The notes beneath the pieces are model-generated. The model did no database searches, was not told the DNA's origin, and saw nothing but the letters and a program-made list of their open reading frames with translations. Source: Gammaproteobacteria bacterium (GTDB lineage: Bacteria > Pseudomonadota > Gammaproteobacteria > PIVX01). From it: 64,000 bases of DNA. Each line of letters starts with the position of its first letter. Position 1 is the first letter of the stretch. The stretch is from NCBI GenBank assembly GCA_003353785.1, contig PIVX01000004.1:47163-111162 (forward strand), given 5' to 3'. Of the stretch, positions 1-9,152 are shown piece after piece. Position numbers and translations under genes: made by a program.

Positions 1-528
1 GAAATCAGCGGTCATTCCTTTTGATTTCAAAGTTAAATTATGTTGATATACAATAGTGATTTCTTCGTTAGTCTCTGCATAATCTCTATTTGGATAGAAT
101 GTAATAAAATCTCCATCTATTTTAGTATGTTCATGCTCACCATCTTGAGTAATATTAACATTACCTATTAATGTTATTCTAGAAAAGTTTTTTGTAGTTT
201 CAGCTAAGTCAGCATTAACAACATAAGGATCCTTAGATTTGTCTAACACGTGTATTTCAGGCTCTTCAGCAACTATTAGATCTTCTTTATCAGCATGCGA
301 CATACATTTTGCATAGGTTATTCTATTTAAATCACCATCTTTAGAAAACTCTTTGATTGTTATATTTTTCATAGTAGTAGAATATTTGCTATGAACCACA
401 GCATTTTTATGTATTATTTCTTGGGCTCCACTTTGGCCGTTATTAATAAATAAGTAATAACTAATTATCACTATGCTAATAGAGAGCAAAATAAGGCTAA
501 CATTTCTTTGTAACATTCTTTTTTGCAT
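1..528 (-). CDS. lptC: LPS export protein LptC (3' end runs off window)
   Basis: Open frame from the ATG at 528 (3 nt after the kdsD stop) to position 1. Translation MQKRMLQRNVSLILLSISIVIISYYLF... has a single N-terminal anchor followed by a beta-rich periplasmic part ending ..AETNEEITIVYQHNLTLKSKGMTADF. kdsD-lptC adjacency is typical of Gammaproteobacteria. Confidence 0.65.
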   Translation of the reverse strand, partial: MQKRMLQRNVSLILLSISIVIISYYLFINNGQSGAQEIIHKNAVVHSKYSTTMKNITIKEFSKDGDLNRITYAKCMSHADKEDLIVAEEPEIHVLDKSKDPYVVNADLAETTKNFSRITLIGNVNITQDGEHEHTKIDGDFITFYPNRDYAETNEEITIVYQHNLTLKSKGMTADF

Positions 529-530
529 GA

Positions 531-1514
531 CTATATACCTGATTCTATAAGTTGTAACATTGTAATAGCTCCGACAATTTGTTTATCGTTGTTTATTACA
601 AGTGAAGAATTAATTTTATTTTTTTTCATATACTGTAGAGCATCTACAGCTAAAGTATCGGCATAAATTATTTTATATTTTCTAGTCATAACTTCTTTTA
701 TGGTAGTATTATCAATATTAATGCCTTTATTAAAGGTTCTACGTAGATCGCCATCAGTGAATACCCCTTGGATCTGATTTTTTTCATCAACTATTCCGGT
801 AAAGCCTAAAGCTTTAGTTGATATTTCTAATAAAGCATCTTTAATAGAAGTATTTGGTAGAACTTTCGGCGTACTATCGCCGGTTTTCATTATATCTTTG
901 ACTCTTATTATTAATCTGCGACCAAGTTTTCCCCCAGGATGGGTTTTAGCAAAATCATCCTTTGTAAAACCTTTAGCTTGTAATAACGCTATAGCTAGTG
1001 CATCCCCTAAAACTAGAGTTGCTGTTGTACTTGATGTTGGCGCTAATCCTAGAGGGCATGCTTCTTTATCAACTTTTACAGATAAACTAATATCACTACT
1101 ATTAGCTAAAATGGAATCTGGGTTACCTGTTATTGATATACAAGTCACTTCTAATCTTTTTATTGAAGATAGCAGAGCAATTACCTCTGGTGTTGAGCCA
1201 GAATTTGATAAAATTAATACGATGTCAGTTTGTCTGACCATCCCAATATCTCCATGACTGGCCTCACTAGGATGCATAAAGCATGCTGGACTGCCTGTAC
1301 TAGAGAAGGTTGCAGCAATTTTATTAGCGATATGACCTGATTTGCCCATGCCGACAACAACTATCTTACCTTGACAAGTAAGAAGAACCTCACATGCTTT
1401 ATGAAAATTCTTATCTATTTGTTTTTTAATAGAATTTACCGCATCTATTTCCATATCGATAACATCGAGGGCTAATTTACAAAAATCTGGTTTAATCTGC
1501 TTTTTCTGTTTCAT
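531..1514 (-). CDS. kdsD: arabinose-5-phosphate isomerase KdsD (SIS domain plus tandem CBS domains)
   Basis: 327 aa. SIS motif VVVGMGKSGHIANKIAATFSSTGSPACFMHPSEASHGDIGM and a C-terminal CBS pair. Confidence 0.93.
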   Translation of the reverse strand: MKQKKQIKPDFCKLALDVIDMEIDAVNSIKKQIDKNFHKACEVLLTCQGKIVVVGMGKSGHIANKIAATFSSTGSPACFMHPSEASHGDIGMVRQTDIVLILSNSGSTPEVIALLSSIKRLEVTCISITGNPDSILANSSDISLSVKVDKEACPLGLAPTSSTTATLVLGDALAIALLQAKGFTKDDFAKTHPGGKLGRRLIIRVKDIMKTGDSTPKVLPNTSIKDALLEISTKALGFTGIVDEKNQIQGVFTDGDLRRTFNKGINIDNTTIKEVMTRKYKIIYADTLAVDALQYMKKNKINSSLVINNDKQIVGAITMLQLIESGI

Positions 1515-1924
1515 GATTGATATTATACCACATTTTATCTAAAAAGTGGTGGACTTTTGAGCAGGTGTACAGACATATATTAAATAAATTGAGTGGAAAT
1601 ATTGCTAATAACTGTAAGTATTTGATTAAAAGCTTTTTAACCTGAATAATGTGAATTAGTCATTGATTATAATATAGTAATAAATATCAAAGATTTTGTG
1701 ATAGCAGAACTAGGGCTGGGCAATCTCGCAGATAAGCAATGCTCTAACTGGCAGCCCTGACGCACCAATCACCATAATCTCTGATTTTTAGCAATGATCA
1801 TACTTATGAAATAATTAATTATTATTGTGCTTAATCAAGCGAATACCATAGTAAGCTTCTTAGCAACAGTAGCTAATATAATTTCTCTTTGTTTTTTAGC
1901 TATATTCATTTATAACCTCAGAAA

Positions 1925-2440
1925 TCAATTTGATTTATTTACTCTCTGATCAGCGTTATCTTTAGCTTTTTTATGAGAGTAAAGATAATGTATATCCATA
2001 CATTTAATCCCATATCTTGGTACAAATATGATAAAAAACCATATTTTCCATCCCAGTTTTATTCCAAAAATTTTTTTAAGGAATTTCAAAAAATAATATC
2101 TTAACTTTCCGATGCCATTTCTAGTATCATATTCTTCTTGTAATTTTGTGCAGAATTGATCATGGTTGAAGTCAAATAGCAAGGATACCCTGTAAGAGAA
2201 CATGCTATTCAAGTTTGGTATTGATGGTAAAGAAGCGAAAGTACTATTTTCACCCATTACGTAAGCAGCCATGATTTCATCATGATAGTATATGGGACCC
2301 TGTGATAGATGATAGTAATAAAGCAGGTAATCTATTGGCAATAATTTTTTTTCAGCATATCCACAATTTCTAAAAATTCTTGAGGGTGTTGGGAAAAAAG
2401 GTGCACCTATATCAAGAACAATAGGATTTTGGAGCTTCAA
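1925..2440 (-). CDS. hypothetical protein, possibly a 5'-truncated gene remnant
   Basis: 171-aa ORF with a TTG start. The frame stays open upstream only to a stop codon, with no ATG. No recognisable motif. It lies in a region with no other solid genes. Confidence 0.3.
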   Translation of the reverse strand: MKLQNPIVLDIGAPFFPTPSRIFRNCGYAEKKLLPIDYLLYYYHLSQGPIYYHDEIMAAYVMGENSTFASLPSIPNLNSMFSYRVSLLFDFNHDQFCTKLQEEYDTRNGIGKLRYYFLKFLKKIFGIKLGWKIWFFIIFVPRYGIKCMDIHYLYSHKKAKDNADQRVNKSN

Positions 2441-3169
2441 AAAAAATAATCCAGTAACATATTCAAGGATATTCCATATAACACGTTATAAAACACCATA
2501 AAAGTCAAAATCAGATTCTTTATGCAACCGCATAATTATCATTATTGATAACTAGTGTTCGAATGGTTTCAGCTGTTTTATTGGTCAAAGCCGCTACATT
2601 TTTTCCTTTACGTTTTACTAATGATTTAACCCATTTACTTTGCTTATTTTCTTTTTTCATAGCCGTTCGCACACAGAACGATCTCCGTGTATTAATATAG
2701 TTTTAAGCTAGGAGTCTCCTCTCTTACTAGTTCCAAATAATGCTGTTTTTGGTACTTAAATATTGTTTAATGCAGATTCATGCGTCAAAACTGTCTAACT
2801 GGAGTTATCTCTATAGCTTAGTTATTGTGGGATGAAGCAGGAAGCTCCTACTAGAATTATGCAGTAATTTAGTAATGGGAGTATGTCGTAATGGTCATGA
2901 GTTAGATAAATAGTTAAAAGTTGATTTTAGACTTAATTTTGTAAAGAGAACGTTAAATATTAATGTGTAGAAGTTATGTTTAAATTCTTTATTGATAGCG
3001 AAATTGCTGGTTTTGTGTTTCATTATTTTTGATGACTGTATGGATGTTTTTGTCAAAATCTGCTGGAAAGCTAAAATGAATAGAATCATTATTAATATTT
3101 GTTGTAGAATCAATACCAAGTTCTTTCACAAGATTTTTTACAATTTTTTTCTCTACACCTATTGCTACA

Positions 3170-6100
3170 TTACTTCCTTCTGAAGCTATTTATGTCTTTT
3201 ACATCACTTATTTCTACATTACTTATTTCTGATTTTATATCATTATAATTTGTACCACGATAGCTGATCTCTTTAGGATCTAAATTGGAAGTTGATAATT
3301 TCTCAAAAAAGGTTATGGCTTTTGTTTTATTGGAAGGCCAATTAAGGTAGGTAGCGTTACTATTTTTACCAAATCTATGATAGCCTGCTACTTTAGAAAA
3401 AATGGCCTTTTTCCAAACTGCATTTTTTTGTTCTTTTGACAGAGAATTTCCATATTTTTCAACTAATGCAACTGTTTCTTTAATGAATGCTAATTTAGTA
3501 TCTTGGTTATTCATATTGTTCCATTTTAATTTATCATAATGTTTTTGATCTGATATATTTATTAATATTTTTAGATAGTTTATCTTTTGGGGATTATCTA
3601 AATCATTGTCATTATTAAGAGCAGCAAGTATAGTGTTTTTATATTCAGATAATGAACTCATTTCCTTTATATGGATCTGTTTAATGATATTGAGGTGTTT
3701 TTGGGCAATTATTTTGTTGTTTCCTTCCATATGTTGTATTTGAAACTTCATATAAGCACAATATTCTTTACCATTAGCTTGAAGTAAAGATGTAAAGTCT
3801 TTGTTTTGTATTAATTTGTTGAATTGTTTTTCTGTCCGAGCACCAAGGATTTTTTCTACAATATCTTTAGTAGATAAATTAAATAAGGATTCATCAGATA
3901 TATGATGTTTAGCAACACGATTGGTTGTGATAGGAATATGACGGTTTGTGTGTATGTCTTGCGGTTGGCTAGACCCAAGTATATCATCATCGATAATGTC
4001 CTTGACAGCACTGTGAATACTAGGGCTTTCTGTTGTTTGAAGAGTTTCTTCTATTATATCATCATCGGCAATGTCATTTATATCAATGGTGATATTGGTG
4101 TTTTCTGTTTCTTGAAAAATTTCTTCAATAGGATCTTTAAGATGAATTTCAGGTTTTAACTTGCTTGGATCTTGACGATTATTAGTTTCTGCTACTAAAA
4201 AAATACTTTTACTTTTATTAGGCTCAGGTGGTAGTGCATCTTTATTAAAGCACAATGTATTATCATTGGGAATTTCAGAAGTATCTTTGAGCATTGTACC
4301 AAGTTCGTTAATAAAGAAGTCACGAAGCTGCTTATTACCAAAGTTGATAGATAACTTACCATCATTAGATTGATAGGTACCAAATCCGTTTATGCTTGGA
4401 TCTATATAAAATACAGTAGAATTTTCTGGAATAGTAGACATAGGTATATGTATATTAAGATTTTTGGCGGCCAAAAGTAATCTATCTTTGAATAGATCTC
4501 TATTTTTTTTGCTACCAAATCTTAATGCTACTCTTCTATCATCTTTTCCGTCTAGTATGTCTGGTTTAGCTGAATATATAATGATAGTTTGACTGGTATT
4601 TATTTGCGGAATAATTTTTTCAATAGATTCTTTAGTGGGAGCTTTAAGCTCTAAATTATGTTTCTGTTGGAGATTATGATCTGTTAATGTTGTGACAATA
4701 TTTTTCTGTCGATTAGGGTAATGGGGTAGTACATTGGTATGGAAATACAGATTATTATTAGTATTTGGAATATCAGAATGCTGTTTGACTTCCGAGCCGA
4801 GTTCGTTAATAAAGAAATCACGAAGTTGATTATTACCAAAAGCAATTGCTAATTGGCCATTGGAAGATACATAGGTGCCAGGTTCATTTGACTCCCCGCT
4901 CGGTTCAAAATAAAGTGTGTCAAGGTTTTCATAATGAAAAGTTAGCCTTATATTCACGCCAAGCTCACTTGCTTTTTTATGAAACTGCTTCATAAAATTC
5001 TCTCTCTCTTCTTTATTATCAAATTTTAATGCCACTTTTCTAGGGTATGTATTGGCTGAATAAATAGTGACGGATTTATTAGTTCTTTTTTTTGATTTAA
5101 CTTGCTGTTGAATATTATCGGGTTTGGGATATACCTTTTGGATAGTATTTACAGTACTTTGTAAGTTGTTATGTCCAGTGGAATTCTTGATCCTATTTGG
5201 ATCGTTATATGCCCCGGATATTTGGGCGCTGCCGATAAATGCCGTTGATGTAGCAACTATATCTTCCTCCATAGCATAATCTCCTGATTTATAATATTCG
5301 CCAATATCGTTTAATCCTAATACTGCGTCCATATCGCTTGGGTTTACAACAGCACATACATAGTCTGCTTGGGCTAAATTAATAGCTAAAAATTTTGAAT
5401 CCTTTAGATGTATATTGACAGGACAATCAATTTTTTTTTGATGTCTTGCTAGAACTTCTTTACATTTAGAAAAATGCTTTGGTCTAGGATTATAAAATAT
5501 ACCATCAAATTTACCTTCATACTCTTTTTTTTCTAGTAATTCAAATAATGTGTCGAAATATATTTCGGCTACAGTATTTGGATCAGTACCAGCAAATGCC
5601 CCCAATCCTATTGGAGGAATAGAAATATATTTACATCCCTGGGAGATGGAAGCTTCTAAAATGTTTTCCCACATATTGGAAATACACATTCTTGCTAATC
5701 CTGATTGGATTAATTGTTTTTCATTTATAGATTTCCCTGAGTAAGCAAAATTAATCCCAGGGGCTGAAATAACAACACAAGGGGTTTTACCATCTAAATT
5801 TTCATTTCTTACTTTATTGCGTGCTTCTTGGCCATGTAGATGTTCTTCAACGAGGAAATGAACTTGCTGAGAATGGCATATACTTGAACTTATAAGCATT
5901 ATTGGCATTTGCGCTATAGTGTTAAAGTGATCTTGATCTTTGAAACCTAAATCTTTCCATGAATTACGCCAATTTTCTAATTGTCCTGACTGTTGCAAAA
6001 TTTGATATAATGATCTAGGATCTTGATGCCTTATTGCCAAGGCTTTTAGATTGTGTTGTAGTTTTAAGAAAGCGGCTTTAGGTAAAACATTAGGATTAAC

Positions 6101-6436
6101 AATAAGCTTTGAGGAATTAGCTAAATCTTGTAGGGTACTTAAAGATATAGAAGGACTACCCTTTCCAAGTTCTGGACAGCTATTTATTTGTATTTTCTTA
6201 TTTTTTTGTTCACTTAGTTTTGTTTCTAATGTGGTTAATTTTGAATTTTCCCAACCTTTTTTAGGGGATAATTGTTGAATTACTTCTTTTGCTAAATACC
6301 CTTGATTCTTTACAGTATGATAGTTATTGTACATATCATAATATGAGCCTATTTTCTGTCCAGATGGTCCAACAAAATTGGAGAATGTACCTGTCTTATT
6401 TAGTATATGGCTTATTTTTGTTAATAGGTCTCTCAT
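3170..6436 (-). CDS. large (1088 aa) hypothetical protein with two internal ~120-aa tandem repeats; candidate secreted effector
   Basis: Long uninterrupted ORF with no signal peptide. It has duplicated blocks (..VALKFDNKEERENF..GNNQLRDFFINELG.. and ..VALRFGSKKNRDLF..GNKQLRDFFINELG..), acidic D/E/I-rich linkers, and a Glu/Asp-containing C-terminus ..SEISNVEISDVKDINSFRRK. Confidence 0.85.
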   Translation of the reverse strand: MRDLLTKISHILNKTGTFSNFVGPSGQKIGSYYDMYNNYHTVKNQGYLAKEVIQQLSPKKGWENSKLTTLETKLSEQKNKKIQINSCPELGKGSPSISLSTLQDLANSSKLIVNPNVLPKAAFLKLQHNLKALAIRHQDPRSLYQILQQSGQLENWRNSWKDLGFKDQDHFNTIAQMPIMLISSSICHSQQVHFLVEEHLHGQEARNKVRNENLDGKTPCVVISAPGINFAYSGKSINEKQLIQSGLARMCISNMWENILEASISQGCKYISIPPIGLGAFAGTDPNTVAEIYFDTLFELLEKKEYEGKFDGIFYNPRPKHFSKCKEVLARHQKKIDCPVNIHLKDSKFLAINLAQADYVCAVVNPSDMDAVLGLNDIGEYYKSGDYAMEEDIVATSTAFIGSAQISGAYNDPNRIKNSTGHNNLQSTVNTIQKVYPKPDNIQQQVKSKKRTNKSVTIYSANTYPRKVALKFDNKEERENFMKQFHKKASELGVNIRLTFHYENLDTLYFEPSGESNEPGTYVSSNGQLAIAFGNNQLRDFFINELGSEVKQHSDIPNTNNNLYFHTNVLPHYPNRQKNIVTTLTDHNLQQKHNLELKAPTKESIEKIIPQINTSQTIIIYSAKPDILDGKDDRRVALRFGSKKNRDLFKDRLLLAAKNLNIHIPMSTIPENSTVFYIDPSINGFGTYQSNDGKLSINFGNKQLRDFFINELGTMLKDTSEIPNDNTLCFNKDALPPEPNKSKSIFLVAETNNRQDPSKLKPEIHLKDPIEEIFQETENTNITIDINDIADDDIIEETLQTTESPSIHSAVKDIIDDDILGSSQPQDIHTNRHIPITTNRVAKHHISDESLFNLSTKDIVEKILGARTEKQFNKLIQNKDFTSLLQANGKEYCAYMKFQIQHMEGNNKIIAQKHLNIIKQIHIKEMSSLSEYKNTILAALNNDNDLDNPQKINYLKILINISDQKHYDKLKWNNMNNQDTKLAFIKETVALVEKYGNSLSKEQKNAVWKKAIFSKVAGYHRFGKNSNATYLNWPSNKTKAITFFEKLSTSNLDPKEISYRGTNYNDIKSEISNVEISDVKDINSFRRK
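4217..5074 (-). repeat. two tandem coding repeats (~4712-5074 and ~4217-4588) inside the 1088-aa ORF
   Basis: Protein residues ~455-575 and ~617-740 align. Shared strings are IYSA, RRVALRF/RKVALKF, GTY.S.(N/D)G(Q/K)L(A/S)I.FGN(N/K)QLRDFFINELG and IPN.N. Confidence 0.85.
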
Positions 6437-6662
6437 TTTAAAAATATGGATAAGTTAAAAAAATTTTAAGCTTTATAATAAAATGTAGCATTATTAGATT
6501 CTTAGTCAAATCATTACTCCAAAAAGCAGTTCTTTATACGTATTTGCTGGGTATTTAAAAGTGATACTAGATAATTTGTTGAGGAACTCGGTTTTGTACT
6601 GCTTGAACTTTAATTCTAATGTTCTATGATGTACACTAAAATTTAGTGTGTTTAGGTATAAT

Positions 6663-7214
6663 ATGAACAAAAATAACTTGATCTGGATTGATTTAGAAAT
6701 GACTGGACTAGAGCCTAGTTCCGATCGGATTATAGAGATAGCGACTATAGTTACCAATTATGAGTTAGATGTAGTTGCAGAAGGTCCATCGTTTGCTATA
6801 TATCAGCCTCAAGAAATATTAACAAATATGGATGGATGGAATACTTTGCATCATACTGGATCAGGGCTCGTTGATAGAGTAAAAGCTAGCGATATTTCTG
6901 TAGGAATTGCTGAGAAACAAACTTTAGAATTTTTAGAGCAATATGTTATAAAAGGGAAGTCTCCAATGTGTGGTAATTCAATTTGTCAGGATAGACGTTT
7001 CCTAGTAAATTATATGCCTACTCTAGAGCAATTTTTTCATTATCGTCATCTTGATGTTAGTACAATAAAGATTTTGGCTAACACATGGTTTCCTGATATT
7101 GCAAAAGGTATTGAGAAGAAATCTCAGCATTTAGCTCTATATGATGTTAGGGACTCAATTGAGGAATTAAAGTACTATAGAAAGTATATATTTCGAAAGC
7201 AAGATGACAAATAA
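6663..7214 (+). CDS. orn: oligoribonuclease
   Basis: [18 protein letters not shown]... is a DEDDh exonuclease N-terminus typical of Orn. The ATG at 6663 is preferred over the upstream GTG at 6648 in the ORF track. Confidence 0.92.
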   Translation: MNKNNLIWIDLEMTGLEPSSDRIIEIATIVTNYELDVVAEGPSFAIYQPQEILTNMDGWNTLHHTGSGLVDRVKASDISVGIAEKQTLEFLEQYVIKGKSPMCGNSICQDRRFLVNYMPTLEQFFHYRHLDVSTIKILANTWFPDIAKGIEKKSQHLALYDVRDSIEELKYYRKYIFRKQDDK

Positions 7215-8673
7215 TTCACAGTTGAGTAAATGCTATAATAATGAAGCCATTCGCAAAATAGAAAAATTAGCTTTTGGATCTATAAATATTAATGATTTAA
7301 TGGAAAGAGCAGGAAAAGCTGTTTTTCAATTTATTCGATCTCGTTATTCATCTTGTTCTATTCTAGTGTTTTGTGGTTCTGGTAATAATGGAGGAGATGG
7401 ATATGTAGCGGCAAGATTGGCTCATGAGCATGGTTATCAGGTGTCTATAATATGGTTAGGTTCTCCTAGGCAACTACCAGAACCTGCATTAACTGCTTAT
7501 AAAAGATGTCAAAAAGCAGGGATCAGTATTAAGGGATTTGACAATTCTATTGATTATCACGCTGATTTAATTGTTGATGGTTTGCTGGGAATAGGGCTTT
7601 CTAGAGAGATTAAAGGCAAGTTATTAGAAGCTGTTAATTTTATTAATGTACAAAAATGTCCAGTAATTAGTATAGATGTTCCTAGTGGTATAAATTCTGA
7701 TACTGGCAGTATTATGGGGAGTGCTATAAAAGCTGATCATACGATCACCCTTATTGCCAATAAAATTGGGATATTAACTAATGATGCAGTTGATTGTATA
7801 GGAGAGTTGTTAGTTGATTGCCTGGAGCTTAAAGAAGATGTATTTAATCAAGTTGAACATTCTGGTGAGATTATACAAAAGCAAAATTTAGAAAATAACT
7901 TAATTCCAAGGAATTTAAATACGCATAAAGGAGATTATGGCCATGTAGTTATTGTCGGAGGTTCAAAGGGTATGGCCGGAGCTGTTATGATGGCAGCTAG
8001 AGCTGCTTTTAAGGTTGGTGTAGGTAGAGTAACTATTATTACTGAGCAAAGTCATACAAATTCTTTGTTTGCATATCTTCCAGAAGCTATGGTATATCCT
8101 TTCGACGAGTCTTTTGCGAAGCATCTTAATACAGCAGATGTAGTAGTATTTGGTTCTGGGATGACTAATAATAGCTGGTCTAAGCAGGTGTGGGATAGCT
8201 TTGACTATAAAGGGGTAACGGTTTTAGATGCAGGAGGATTAAGACTTTTATCTCGTTATCCTAAATATGATCGGAATTACATTTTAACTCCTCATCCGGG
8301 AGAAGCGGCTGATTTGCTTAAATTATCTGAGCCTAATCTAATTCAAAAGGATCGTTTTAAAGCAATAAGAGACATTGCTAAAAAATATCAAGCAACTGTT
8401 ATTTTAAAAGGTGCTGGTAGTATTATATGTGACCAAAATTCTAAGTTTTATATATCCCGATATGGTAATCCATGGATGGCAACTGCTGGAACGGGAGATG
8501 TTTTAAGTGGAATAATTGGAGGGTATCTTGCTAATGGTTACAGTAATATATTTGCTGCAAAACTTGGTGTTATGATTCATGCTCTAGCAGGAGATCAAGC
8601 AGCACAAGGTAGACCAAAAGGTTTAATGGCTACTGATTTGATTGAGAAAATTAGAGAAGTAATTAATATCTAA
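7204..8673 (+). CDS. nnr: bifunctional NAD(P)H-hydrate repair enzyme (epimerase/dehydratase, YjeF family)
   Basis: 489 aa. N-terminal YjeF_N motif ([17 protein letters not shown]) and C-terminal carbohydrate-kinase motif ([12 protein letters not shown]...GAG...[11 protein letters not shown]). Confidence 0.92.
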   Translation: MTNNSQLSKCYNNEAIRKIEKLAFGSININDLMERAGKAVFQFIRSRYSSCSILVFCGSGNNGGDGYVAARLAHEHGYQVSIIWLGSPRQLPEPALTAYKRCQKAGISIKGFDNSIDYHADLIVDGLLGIGLSREIKGKLLEAVNFINVQKCPVISIDVPSGINSDTGSIMGSAIKADHTITLIANKIGILTNDAVDCIGELLVDCLELKEDVFNQVEHSGEIIQKQNLENNLIPRNLNTHKGDYGHVVIVGGSKGMAGAVMMAARAAFKVGVGRVTIITEQSHTNSLFAYLPEAMVYPFDESFAKHLNTADVVVFGSGMTNNSWSKQVWDSFDYKGVTVLDAGGLRLLSRYPKYDRNYILTPHPGEAADLLKLSEPNLIQKDRFKAIRDIAKKYQATVILKGAGSIICDQNSKFYISRYGNPWMATAGTGDVLSGIIGGYLANGYSNIFAAKLGVMIHALAGDQAAQGRPKGLMATDLIEKIREVINI

Positions 8674-8678
8674 TATTT

Positions 8679-9152
8679 ATGGTTGAGAAGTTTGATTTAG
8701 TCGATTTAAATTCAGTAAAGAAATTTGCTAAGTTATTTGCTGAAAATATTGAGAGTCCTTTTTGTTGTTATCTAAATGGTAATTTGGGTGCTGGTAAAAC
8801 GACTCTTGTACAGTATATCCTAAAATCATTAGGAGTCACTGATATAGTGGTTAGCCCTACTTTTACTATTATTGAACGATATAGTTGTGATTTTGAGATT
8901 TTCCATATAGATCTATATAGAATTGATTCTCCAAATGAATTAGAATATACCGATATTCCAGAACTAATAAATAATGATGGAGTTTTTTTTATTGAATGGG
9001 CTGAAAATGGCGATCATTTTATACCACTAGCTGATTTAATTATTGAAATAATGGTCAAAGGTTGTAGACGTCAGGTTTTGATAACAGCAAGATCTTTAAA
9101 GGCAACACATCTTTTAACTAATTTATTAAAGAATGTTAATAACGAACTATAG
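8679..9152 (+). CDS. tsaE: tRNA t6A37 biosynthesis ATPase TsaE
   Basis: 157 aa with P-loop GNLGAGKTTLVQ and SPTFTI motif. Sits in the nnr-tsaE-amiB synteny. Confidence 0.9.
   Translation: MVEKFDLVDLNSVKKFAKLFAENIESPFCCYLNGNLGAGKTTLVQYILKSLGVTDIVVSPTFTIIERYSCDFEIFHIDLYRIDSPNELEYTDIPELINNDGVFFIEWAENGDHFIPLADLIIEIMVKGCRRQVLITARSLKATHLLTNLLKNVNNEL

Noticed and set aside
898-1257. 119-aa plus-strand ORF inside kdsD. This entry also covers similar antisense or overlapping ORFs in the track: 3902-4159, 4195-4383, 5550-5744, 6051-6278, 12049-12345, 12888-13073, 14086-14268, 14459-14677, 14716-14952, 14819-15025, 15168-15362, 17214-17471, 20874-21107, 22038-22256, 23105-23386, 23680-24069, 24182-24364, 25629-25868, 26279-26467, 28094-28303, 28838-29035, 30884-31249, 31677-31919, 36458-36640, 46326-46529, 49561-49839, 50724-51038, 51105-51455, 52851-53105, 53015-53227, 55457-55765, 60026-60280, 60627-60831, 61433-61692 and 63328-63552.
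   Set aside because: Each lies within, or antisense to, a gene with strong family motifs. The translations are low-complexity or Leu/Ile/Phe/Ser-rich, as expected from AT-rich antisense frames. None has a convincing Shine-Dalgarno sequence.
2520-2660. 46-codon ORF (MKKENKQSKWVKSLVKRKGKNVAALTNKTAETIRTLVINN), considered as an HTH or transposase N-terminal fragment.
   Set aside because: The similarity to HTH transposase N-termini is only impressionistic. It is too short to call as a feature and is mentioned only as part of the decayed region.
2895-3183. Two small overlapping ORFs (74 aa minus strand, 63 aa plus strand) just downstream of the 1088-aa gene.
   Set aside because: The translations are hydrophobic and low-complexity with no Shine-Dalgarno sequence. 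They overlap each other and the 3' end of the large gene, so they most likely arise by chance in AT-rich DNA.
3170-6436. Assigning the central region of the 1088-aa protein to the macrodomain or PARG family.
   Set aside because: The loop-like strings (IPPIGLGAFAG, VVNPSD) occur in a non-canonical order, and I cannot align the full fold by eye. It is therefore left as an unassigned domain.
6506-6757. 83-aa minus-strand ORF spanning the orn promoter and 5' region.
   Set aside because: It overlaps the well-supported orn start and has no recognisable features.
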